Shown here piece after piece: positions 9,851-19,210 of a stretch of 36,484 bases of DNA. Within the stretch, counting starts at the first letter, position 1. Every line of letters begins with the position of its first letter. A program made the position numbers and the translations under genes. A model generated the notes under the pieces. That model searched no databases. It was not told where the DNA came from and saw only the letters and a program-made list of their open reading frames with translations. The DNA is taken from positions 1 to 36,484 of the forward strand of contig MRSU01011542.1 of assembly GCA_008369845.1 (NCBI GenBank). The letters are read 5' to 3'. Source of the stretch: Trichomonas gallinae (Eukaryota).

Positions 9851-10392
9851 AATCAGCCAACAAGCCATAAACATGCTGTATTTCAGCAATAATCAACGAA
9901 ATCATTCATATCTCAAGTAGATGAACGTATAAATCATATTTTAGAAAAAATGTCTTGTAAAATTTATTTTTGACATGTAAATAATTTGAAATTGTCAGTT
10001 CATCCAAAGCACAAACCATTTGCATTTCAGCATCGTTTACCAACAAGTCAGAAACATTCTGTATTTCGGTAATAATCACCGAAATCATTTATATCTCAAA
10101 CAGATGCACGTATAACGTACCTCAGAACTCACCTAAAAATAAAACGGTAATCAATTGAATTCTTTACATGGCAATTTGTCAGTCACGTTCGCCTAAAAAT
10201 AAATGTAAATAATTTCATGAAATTTCAGCCATCAAAGCTAAATCTGTTGGATTTCTGCATCATCTGCCAACAAGCCAGGAACACACTGTATTTCAGCAAT
10301 GATTAACGAATTCATTCATATCTTTAAACATATGAGCTTACAAATCATATTTTAATAAAAATGTCATGTAAAATCTATTGTTGACATGTAAT
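9851..10392. repeat. Degenerate tandem triplication (period about 183-227 bp)
   Basis: Core CCAACAAG..CTGTATTTC.G.AAT.AT.A.CGAA.TCATT.ATATCT starts at 9857, 10040 and 10267. Copies 1 and 3 extend through AAATCATATTTTA..AAAAATGTC.TGTAAAAT.TATT.TTGACATGTAA. Confidence 0.9.
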
Positions 10393-10881
10393 TTACATTT
10401 TCCTCGGATGATTTCTAGATAGAACTTATTATGAAGCATTCATATTTTATGATATTTGTGTAATCCAATCTATAGGATAAGTAGTCATAATATCGCTCAA
10501 TAGGCTCATATGAAAATTAAGAATAATAGTAACAGATTTTCTCGCTTTGCTTTTGTTGATACATGAAAAGTTAATATATTTGGAAATTCACACCATTTTG
10601 ATATACATATGCGTTTAAATTTGTGATACAGCATGGATTTCAAAGGGAGTATTTTGAATATTAATTTCGAAATTATTGATAAACTGCGAGATTCGAGGAT
10701 ATACATATATATAGAATATAAAAAATGTTTGTTTTGAAACCGGAATCTTTCCAATGTCTGATTTGATATTATTAATTTTGAAAAATAATAAAACAGTTTA
10801 ACCATGATAAGCATTGTAATAGAAGCCGTAGGATAAGAAACATATAACATTAATTTATATAAATAAACAAATTAAATAAAG

Positions 10882-12204
10882 TTATGCATATGCGTTGCTG
10901 TTTGGCGTGAGGTTGTCACTGCCAGCAAAAGAAAATCCTTCAATGTCCTGGAAAGCAGATCCAGCAGGCATAGCATCGGAATCCAGCGGTGCTTCGTTCA
11001 TATAATCAGAGCAAAAGTTTTCTGGATCCAATTCGTCAACAGCATTGAAGTTTTTAGGCTGGCATTCTTTCTTAAGAACTTTATCCCACTCAATTCCGTT
11101 GAAGAACGGATGAGCTTTGATTTGTTCGAAATCTGGTCTATTTTCTGGTTCTTTTGCGAGGAGAACCTTGATGAGTTCAATAGCAGCTTTATTACCATAC
11201 TTTGGAAATGCTGGCTCTTCGTTAACAATGTTATCAAATAAAACCGACTGATTTTCATCATAGAATGGAGTTCCGTTGAACAAAATTTCGTAAAGCAAGA
11301 CACCAAGTGCCCACCAATCGACTTTAAATCCGTATCCTGTGCGTAAAACGACTTCTGGAGCTAAATATTCTGCAGTTCCGCAGAAAGTCTGCGCACCATC
11401 ATCTTCATTGATTTCTTTGCATAAGCCGAAGTCTGTGAGCTTAACGTGACCGTCTTTATCGAGTAAAACGTTTTCTGGTTTGAGATCTCTGTACACGATG
11501 TGATTTTCATGGAGATGCTGTAATGCAAGGATAATTTCTGCTGTGTACAGTCTTGTATCATCAATAGGAACGACAGGAAGATTTGATAAATGATGAAGCA
11601 ATTCACCACCAGCAGCATATTCCAAGCCAATGTAAAATTTCGATTTAGTCTGGAAAGCAAACTCAGCTGCTACGATGAATGGATGTCTTGGAATGGAAAA
11701 TAGCAAGTTTCTTTCGGCAATTATTGTATCTACTTGTCCTGTTTCAACCAACTTCTTCTTTTGGACTGTCTTAAGAGCGTACAGCTTTCCTGTATCGAGC
11801 TTTTCGACTAACATGACTTTTCCATAAAATCCTCTTCCGAGAACGGAAATAATACGGAATTGATCCATCGAATAACCATGCTCAGTATAAAGACAAGCTC
11901 TTAATGCGAATACCCATGGATAAACTTCAGCGGCATTTGATTTCAGAAGATATTTTCCTAAATCTTCGTTTTCTATGATAAAATGTGGATTATTCTTTCT
12001 ATCAACGAGTGTAATCTCAGTGTCTGGTGTAATTTCAATGGTTTTATAGTAATCTGATAGATTTTCTGTTTTTGAAATGTATAATTTATTCTTTATTAGC
12101 CAATAATTCAGTGTCGTCCATATACCTATGACTCTTCCTTTGTGTTTAAGAGGCCCCTGAATAGTAATGGGCCCTTCAGGGGCTTTATTATCATTTTCAC
12201 TCAT
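10882..12204 (-). CDS. PH-domain AGC family Ser/Thr kinase (PKB/SGK/Ypk-like, 440 aa)
   Basis: N-terminal PH (QGPLKHKG..W....PWVFALR); GRGFYGKV, ALK, YRDLKPEN, DFG, TFCGTAEYLAPE, DWWALG; hydrophobic motif IEGFSF. First ATG at 12204. Confidence 0.95.
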   Translation of the reverse strand: MSENDNKAPEGPITIQGPLKHKGRVIGIWTTLNYWLIKNKLYISKTENLSDYYKTIEITPDTEITLVDRKNNPHFIIENEDLGKYLLKSNAAEVYPWVFALRACLYTEHGYSMDQFRIISVLGRGFYGKVMLVEKLDTGKLYALKTVQKKKLVETGQVDTIIAERNLLFSIPRHPFIVAAEFAFQTKSKFYIGLEYAAGGELLHHLSNLPVVPIDDTRLYTAEIILALQHLHENHIVYRDLKPENVLLDKDGHVKLTDFGLCKEINEDDGAQTFCGTAEYLAPEVVLRTGYGFKVDWWALGVLLYEILFNGTPFYDENQSVLFDNIVNEEPAFPKYGNKAAIELIKVLLAKEPENRPDFEQIKAHPFFNGIEWDKVLKKECQPKNFNAVDELDPENFCSDYMNEAPLDSDAMPAGSAFQDIEGFSFAGSDNLTPNSNAYA

Positions 12205-12232
12205 TTTTTTATATCTTTTTGACAAAACCGGA

Positions 12233-12239
12233 AAAGTGA
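12233..12239 (-). promoter_or_regulatory. Inr TCACTTT upstream of the kinase
   Basis: Minus-strand TCACTTT ending 28 nt before the ATG at 12204. Confidence 0.55.
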
Positions 12240-12560
12240 ATTTTATTTGTCATTTTGACTCGTAATTCATACTTTTAAGGGTCTATTTATTCATATTTTA
12301 GAAAATCAGTCTCCGATTTCAATATTCACCATCTTTCGAAATATAAAATACAAGCATATCATTTACTGCTTAAAATAACAACCGAAACACTGCAAAAATA
12401 CATCTGCAATTGAGTTAAGCTTCTTTAACATTAATATTTGAATTCAATAAATTCTTGCTTCATATCGATATAAAACTCATAACAAAAGAAAACTCATAAG
12501 AAGAAATGAATTTTACTCGATGATATATGCAATTATACTTTTAATATTTTTAATTGATAA

Positions 12561-12997
12561 TTTTTTTCCGCGATATAATATAATTGAATATATTTCATTA
12601 TTTATTCTTCATTATCACAAGTTATAAAATATGCATTAAGTGAAACAATGTTATTTATAATTGATTCGTCATAAAATTTTCGATTTTTCAATGAATTACT
12701 CGATGTTAACATGCCGCATCTTGCTAAATGATCATTTTGGTGTCATCATTACTGTCAAAATGATTGTATTTGTCCGAAATAATGTATTTTCAATCTTGAT
12801 CATTGTGATGACTTTAAAGAACAGCAAATCGACATATAAATCTTATGTTTGTATAAATATCGATTTTCAAGGCGTTTATTGCTTTTACAAAACAATTTTG
12901 ATATTTTTTTAGCGATATGATATGCTTTATGACATTCCATTATTTATTATTCATCATAAAAAGTTATAAAATATGCATTAAGTGAAACAACGTTATT
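12561..12997. repeat. About 95-bp direct repeat pair (offset 342 bp)
   Basis: Identical 30-mer AAGTTATAAAATATGCATTAAGTGAAACAA at 12619-12648 and 12961-12990. Similarity extends left (GCGATAT at 12570 and 12912) and right (GTTATT). Confidence 0.92.
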
Positions 12998-13007
12998 ATT
13001 AATATTT

Positions 13008-14093
13008 TTATAGGGAAGATAATTTACAAATAAATCTAACAGACTCAGATGTTTGATAGCTAGAGTATAGGTATAAGCACATTATCAAGAATGTTATGAG
13101 AATAACATCAATAATGTGCAAAGCACATGCAACCGAACCTATTTGTCCGATTTTGCCTGAAATCATATCAACAACCATGGCAAAAACGATTAAAATAAGT
13201 CCACAACATACAATATTGATGTCTCTTGGCATGAAATTATCCCATTCGCCGAGGAAAACAACACCAACGAAAACACCAATAATAATCTGCCCAAAGTTGG
13301 TGAGTTGGGCTTTAACAGCTCCTAATTGTATGACTACATCCATGAACAAAAATGTCGGAATTCCATTGTAAATAACTCCAATTAAGAAAACTGCGATGAA
13401 AGTGAATGGAAACATAGAGGCAAATCCCTTGCATATTTCAACAATGCCTGTTCTATATAACGCAGAGAGAAGTGAATAGCAGAAAGATCCATAAATAGCG
13501 AAAGTGCAAGACAAGTTGAATTCTGATGTTGAGAGATAGACTTTGATGTAGATGGATCCAATGCCGAAAAGAATAAGTGACATAAGCAGTAAAATATATG
13601 AAAATGGATCCGAATTCGTGTCAGAAGTGATCGATAATGATGGAACTAACGTTAGAATTGTGCCGAGAATAGCAGCAAACTGTATAATAAGATTGTTAAA
13701 TGTGATTTTTTCGTCAGTAGTCATGATATGTGCTGCAATCATCGAGAAAAACGGAATTGTTGGTTGTGAAATAATTACTATGAATGATGGCACATGATTC
13801 TGTGCTATAATGATCAATGTAATTGGAATGCCTAAGAAAAATATTCCGGAAACAAAACTTTTCCAGAAATTTGTGTTTCCTGATCTCAATGATTCTGTTG
13901 CCTCTTGTCTATAGGCTGGATCTTTAAGCTTGTAAAGCAAATAAAGCGTGGCAGCAATGGCAGCAGCAAAAGATCTGCCTAAAGCAAAGGCGGAATCGTC
14001 CACTTTACCGATAAGTAGTGATGTGACAGCGTAAGAAGTGCCATAGCATATGCATAGGATTGTGAACGAAATGTAACCACGAACAACTGACAT
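13008..14093 (-). CDS. EamA/DMT superfamily transporter (361 aa)
   Basis: About 10 hydrophobic helices in two repeats; ALGRSF, AQNHVPS..TIPFFSMIAAHIMTTDEKIT and LGAVKAQL..IIGVFVGVVFLGE are EamA-repeat hallmarks. Stop is within TAAA. Confidence 0.88.
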   Translation of the reverse strand: MSVVRGYISFTILCICYGTSYAVTSLLIGKVDDSAFALGRSFAAAIAATLYLLYKLKDPAYRQEATESLRSGNTNFWKSFVSGIFFLGIPITLIIIAQNHVPSFIVIISQPTIPFFSMIAAHIMTTDEKITFNNLIIQFAAILGTILTLVPSLSITSDTNSDPFSYILLLMSLILFGIGSIYIKVYLSTSEFNLSCTFAIYGSFCYSLLSALYRTGIVEICKGFASMFPFTFIAVFLIGVIYNGIPTFLFMDVVIQLGAVKAQLTNFGQIIIGVFVGVVFLGEWDNFMPRDINIVCCGLILIVFAMVVDMISGKIGQIGSVACALHIIDVILITFLIMCLYLYSSYQTSESVRFICKLSSL

Positions 14094-14114
14094 CGTACGA
14101 CTGTTATTCGGAAA

Positions 14115-14190
14115 CCCCCCTTATGGAAAATACAAAACCCTGTTTTAAAAATTCCATTACCCCCTTTTAAAAAAATATCAGCCCCCTTTT
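14115..14190. repeat. Four C-runs (G-runs on minus strand) phased at 22-23 bp
   Basis: C6 at 14115-14120, C3 at 14138-14140, C5 at 14160-14164, C5 at 14182-14186, each followed by T-rich then A-rich bases. Confidence 0.7.
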
Positions 14191-14713
14191 TCCGTTTTAA
14201 CTTCATGATTATTAAATTGGTTCAAAAAAGCCTTTGATGTTGCAAACTTTATGAAGTAAAACGTTTCACTAGCGTTAAATAGCCCAGGAAATATTGGAAA
14301 AGTTTTAGTTTGCAGTGAACAATGACCGAGAAAAGCCCAGAATCAAATATTGTTCATAGAAAGGTAAAGAAACTCTGACGCTACAGATTAAATTGGCTCA
14401 AACTAATATACAAAAACTCATACATCCTTGAGTATCTACATGTTTGATATCTAAGCACTAGCACTGCAGGATAATGCAGAATAATACCAGATTTTTTTTT
14501 TTTTGACAACTAAAGTTGGAGTGTCAATCATTTTTTAAAAATCTGACATTGTAAACTTTTTATTTCTAATATCTGACAATCTGACATTTGACACTTTACA
14601 GTGCCAGATTTTCTAAAAAGTGAGATATTCTGATTATTTTGGACAACTTTAATCATGGTTAATCTGTTTATCAAAAGGCGAAGGAATTTAAAATATTGAC
14701 AAAAAAAATTTTG

Positions 14714-15463
14714 ATGTCAAATCGAGGATACAGGCCTGTCGACAACCTCAATGGAAATCAGTTTTACAGACAAAGTTATTCACCACAAGTGCATAAGACT
14801 CAAAATTTCCAGTTAGATTACGGAAATGGACAAAAAAATTATCAAGGTTCGAGAGCGCAACCAGCAAAAATCGAAGTACCACGTAAGCAAACATCTCAGT
14901 CAATAGTATTTACATCAGGGCCCAAAATTGAGCCAAAAGTTCCAAATTCAGGCCCGATCGTTATCACACAACAACCAACAACCCCGCAACCAAAAGATAT
15001 CGTTCACTATACAGTCAAAAAATCAACAGCATCATCTGGACAGCATGTCTCTGATTTTATTTCAAAACATTCTTTATCTGCTTTCATCGCTGAATACGAA
15101 TCTAATCCATCCTTCAATGAAGTTAATCTCATGAATCTCGGTATAGATGTCAATTCTCAACAGCCTTTATTACCGCATTTGCAATCAATTATTTTAGATT
15201 TACCTCTCGGACAAAAATCATCATATCCAGCTCCACAAGAGTATAGCGAATTACCAACAGAATGCGATATAAAGCAAAGATTATCTTTATTCAACACATC
15301 TACTTTAATGTATATTTTTTACACAGGCAACAAGAAAGATATGCAAAGCGCAGCTGCAGAACTTTGCCGGCGTGGATTTACATATGATACAGATTACCTT
15401 GAATGGCGTAATCCAAATGGAAATAAATTCGATTCTAACACATGGAAGCTTCCTGAAGAATAA
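14714..15463 (+). CDS. NOT2/NOT3/NOT5 (NOT-box) family protein, NOT2-like CCR4-NOT subunit (249 aa)
   Basis: Low-complexity Q/P/S/N N-terminus; LMNLGIDVNS, YPAPQEY, then LSLFNTSTLMYIFYT..DMQSAAAELCRRGFTYD matching the NOT-box TLFYIFY..Q..AA.EL..R.W.Y. First ATG at 14714. Confidence 0.85.
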   Translation: MSNRGYRPVDNLNGNQFYRQSYSPQVHKTQNFQLDYGNGQKNYQGSRAQPAKIEVPRKQTSQSIVFTSGPKIEPKVPNSGPIVITQQPTTPQPKDIVHYTVKKSTASSGQHVSDFISKHSLSAFIAEYESNPSFNEVNLMNLGIDVNSQQPLLPHLQSIILDLPLGQKSSYPAPQEYSELPTECDIKQRLSLFNTSTLMYIFYTGNKKDMQSAAAELCRRGFTYDTDYLEWRNPNGNKFDSNTWKLPEE

Positions 15464-15552
15464 TTTATACGGATATATTATTGTTACTGTAAATTACTTA
15501 AACTTATCACATTGTCAATAATTCAATTTTTATAGCGAATTAATGATTTAAA

Positions 15553-15620
15553 ATCGTGCTTCGGCGATGAGTGCTCAATGGAGCTATGTGTAATGAGCTT
15601 CTCATTGCCTCAAACTGCGG
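15553..15620. ncRNA. Candidate structured RNA (unassigned)
   Basis: About 49% GC island (34/70 over 15551-15620) in AT-rich DNA, with a C-TTCG-G tetraloop hairpin and a long imperfect hairpin at 15569-15611. No family recognised. Confidence 0.25.
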
Positions 15621-17186
15621 TATTTAATTGAAAATTTCAATTCTTAGTTTCTTTTAATGACGATATAACAGTTGAATATTTTTGCCATAGTAGTTGCTTT
15701 AGGATATGAAATAGGGGAATTCTTTACATCAGATTGTCAGATTATTTAAAAATGACATTGTAAATTAATAAATGTCAAATTTTTACTATATGCTTTTATT
15801 GTCAGTTCTTTGCGCCGTTAAATGCAACACAACAATGATGCTTTTGCAATCGTTGAGAGTCGGAACTGATACATTAGTTTTTGGAAAAAATGTTTTTTTT
15901 TTTTTTTTTAACTAATAATAATACTTTGAATGATGCTATTCATGCATTATATAAATTTTCTGTATCAAATCATTAATGATTTTTGTAATTCTAACGAAAT
16001 GAGAATTGCATCAATTTGCATTTATTGTTAATATTCACTATTAAACAATAGGATTAATAAATATAAATAATATGTTCGAGAACAAATAGATACCGCATAC
16101 ATAAATCTCAGAATTACCCTATTAATAATTAATGATTATATTTTGAGATAAAAACTTTAGAAAAAGTATTACAATTATGATGATTAAAGCCATTGTGTAA
16201 AGATTCTCATTCACACATAATGACAAGAATATGTTCAGCATAAGAATATACGAAGAATAATTAAATTCTTCCTTAAATATGAAAATGTTTGAGAAAGCAT
16301 CATAAAATAAATATTTAAATGAATCAAACCAGAATAAGAAACAATACGCAATTATATGAAATCAATTGTTATATTTTGAAAATTAAATATAAATTAGTTA
16401 TATTGAATCATCAGATACTCAATCATAAATGTTATTCTTAATAATGAATAAAATCATTTTGGGTTCAAATTCATTTTCGATATTTGGATGCTTTGATGAA
16501 AGTTTCCAAATATGAAAGTTACATATAATCTGATTTTCGACGATTGAGTCATTATAATTGTTATTTATAAAATTATTATTTGTTATTAATAGAATTAGCA
16601 TGAAATGGATGCTTTCCTATGTAAATAAATTTCTGGTTAATCATTATCGCAATTTCAAAAACCCAGGATTGTTAAATAATGGGAAACTTTTCTAACGTTT
16701 ATTGAAATGAAACTTTTGAAAGCAAGAAAACGTGTTTTTTTACGCACATTCAGAAAAATTGAGATCAATTTTGAATCTATTCAATGATCGAGAAAACAAA
16801 GAGCTAATAAAGATTGTTCCATTTAACTCTGTTTTTCGTTGCTTGTTCTTATGAAAAAATTTAAGCTAGTGATTCAAAATATTGAAAATTAAAATCTATC
16901 GGAATAGTTTTCTTATTCCTATTATGATTAATTTCTACATGTAATTTATCAAAGAAGTTCAATTTTCAATTCATCTCTCAAAAAAATGTTAGCAGCTATT
17001 ATACTCAGTAATAGCCTTCTTACAGTGGTTCATTTTTCTATTACTACCTTTGTAAACATCACAAAACATGAAATGAAAAATTTTTGGATATTGAGGTTGT
17101 TTCTATTGGCCTTTAGTATTATTTAGTTGTTTATACACTTTTGAATTGGCCTTCAATTTGAGAACAGCTTTGAAAATTTCCTCATC

Positions 17187-17193
17187 TCATTTC
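17187..17193 (+). promoter_or_regulatory. Inr TCATTTC upstream of Myb gene
   Basis: Ends 6 nt before the ATG at 17200. Confidence 0.6.
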
Positions 17194-17199
17194 AATAAT

Positions 17200-17724
17200 A
17201 TGACGAGCAAAGCTTCGTCTTCAGTGATTCCGAAGGTGAAATTCACGCAGAAAGAGGATGACCTTCTCACAGATATAGTAGAAAGACTCGGAACAGGAAA
17301 TTGGGAGCTTGTTGCAAAAGAGATGAAAAAGAGAACTGCAAGGCAATGTAGGGAGAGATGGATAAATTACTTGTCACCAGAACTCAGAAATGATCCATGG
17401 ACTCCTCAGGAGGATAAACTTCTTGATGAGTTGTATGAAAATCTTGGATCGAAGTGGCAAAAGATTGCTGAATACTTCCCAACAAGGTCTGGAAATTGTG
17501 TCAGAAACAGATTCAAACTTCGACAGAGAAGAATGTTGAAGGAAAAGAGACAAAAAGAGAAAAAAGTTGAGAAAGTAATGAAATTGGAAGTAATGAAGCC
17601 AGAGCCAAAAGACTTCACTGTAGTTCTCGAGAATATTCTCACTTCCAAGCCAGATACAGAGATTTTTGATTTGTTTGATTTTCAAAAAGATACTCTTGAC
17701 AATTTCTTCGCTATTAGTTATTAG
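17200..17724 (+). CDS. R2R3 Myb DNA-binding protein (174 aa)
   Basis: KVKFTQKEDDLL..GNWELVA..RTARQCRERWINYLSP..PWTPQEDKLL..LGSKWQKIAEYFPTRSGNCVRNRF. First ATG at 17200 after Inr. Confidence 0.96.
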   Translation: MTSKASSSVIPKVKFTQKEDDLLTDIVERLGTGNWELVAKEMKKRTARQCRERWINYLSPELRNDPWTPQEDKLLDELYENLGSKWQKIAEYFPTRSGNCVRNRFKLRQRRMLKEKRQKEKKVEKVMKLEVMKPEPKDFTVVLENILTSKPDTEIFDLFDFQKDTLDNFFAISY

Positions 17725-19210
17725 AGTTAAACATGTTATTTTTATCATTTAATTAACATGAAATAAGCTTTTTTTTCAGCAAAAACTTATCAACGTGCTT
17801 GAACTTTTTAGTCAAAACGAAAATATAATAATATGTTTATAGAGTAGATGCTGCTGGTCTTGTCCAAATTCAGCCAATTTGTTCGCGTCACTTTTATTTT
17901 TTTCAGTTATAAAAACAAATTTTCAATGAAATAGGTTTAACGTCGTTAATCATTTTGTATCAAAAATTACGGATATTATCATCTAAATATCAGAATTGTT
18001 TCAACAATATAAATAACTTTGTATTGAATTTTGATTTGAATAAAATGTTGGCAAGAGTGATTTTTTGATAAACTCACTGTATCCAAAATTTCTACCAAGC
18101 TTAAAACTTATAACTTTTTCTTCTCAATACATTTAAAATTTATTTCAAAAATCTTCATTAAACTATTAATGCTCTTATGTTTTTATAATGGTTTTACGAT
18201 TTATTTTAATTAAACGTGCTTTTTAAATTTTATTAAACTAGTTATTTCAGATATGATTTACAGGTTATTTATGTATTTTTTCAGATTAAAAATTGAATAA
18301 AACTGTTGTTTTTCAATTTTATGTTTTCAAAATTATTCTACATATTTTCAATCTTAACTAAATTCTATATAATTTCCAAATTTTATTTTTTTCAAAGTTT
18401 CACATTTCAAAATTTTCCATTGGCTGCATTTCGCTTATTTTTAACGTATTTATGTATTATATCATGTAATAAATCTTTACGTCAACAAATTTTAATCAAT
18501 GCATAGTTTTTTCATGAAACAAGCTATTCATTTCCAAAATCACATAATATGTCATTCATATGATTTAATTTCCATTTTATAACTAAATTTCTAATATGAC
18601 GCAACCCATCATCGATTCAATTTTTCTGTTTTATGTCTTGCGTTCATTTTCATAGTACATATTGTTTCAAAAGTGAAATCCACAACTATCACTACAGGAA
18701 TTTATCTGAAATCGATTACATTTTTACTTTTCAAATTTACGATTTTATTTCAAACAGGTTTTCATTGTTACATATAGCATATACTATGCTTACACTAGTA
18801 TAATTTATCTTCATTTCCCAAAATCCGGTTATTTTTGGTTCTTGATAACCCGTTATACTTGTGGGTAATGCATTTACAGCTAAGCAATGAATTATCTATG
18901 TTATAATTCTCGATATATATATTCATTTGGTTTCCTGTATATATCTTGTTTAAATTTTCAAATTTAAAAAATATTGAATTATGTTTCTGGAACCGAAGAT
19001 TCCGTTTATATGCTTGATTGAAACATTATTTCTGAAATACAATCAAATAAAATTTATATATTTTTACAATCAAAATAAATTTATTAAGAGAATAAGATTG
19101 GTTGTCAGACAAATAGTTTTAATCCTTATATTGATTCTTTTTAACAGACTAAAGAAAAGATGAAAAATAACATTTTTTATAAATAAACAAAATATAAAAC
19201 ATATAAAAAA

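Noticed and set aside
9851..10392. CRISPR array or coding repeat (ORF 9906..10088)
   Set aside because: Units are long and diverged with no unique spacers or cas genes; the equivalent frames in the other copies stop after about 25 codons.
10506..10850. 114-aa minus-strand ORF
   Set aside because: F/I/K/L/Y-rich composition typical of AT-rich non-coding DNA; it starts in the kinase 3'-end region.
15553..15620. U6, U1, SRP or SECIS identity for the GC island
   Set aside because: GTGCTTCGGC recalls the U6 5' stem but there is no ACAGAGA box. There is no ACTTACC or U1-70K loop, it is too short for SRP, and it lacks SECIS GA-quartet/AA-loop geometry.
60..15866. 13-bp match TGAGAGTCGGAAC near 60 and near 15854
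   Set aside because: Several 13-mer matches are expected by chance in 36 kb, and the flanks do not align.
15834..15870. C/D box snoRNA (ATGATGC...CTGA)
   Set aside because: Imperfect C box, boxes under 30 nt apart, and no terminal stem.
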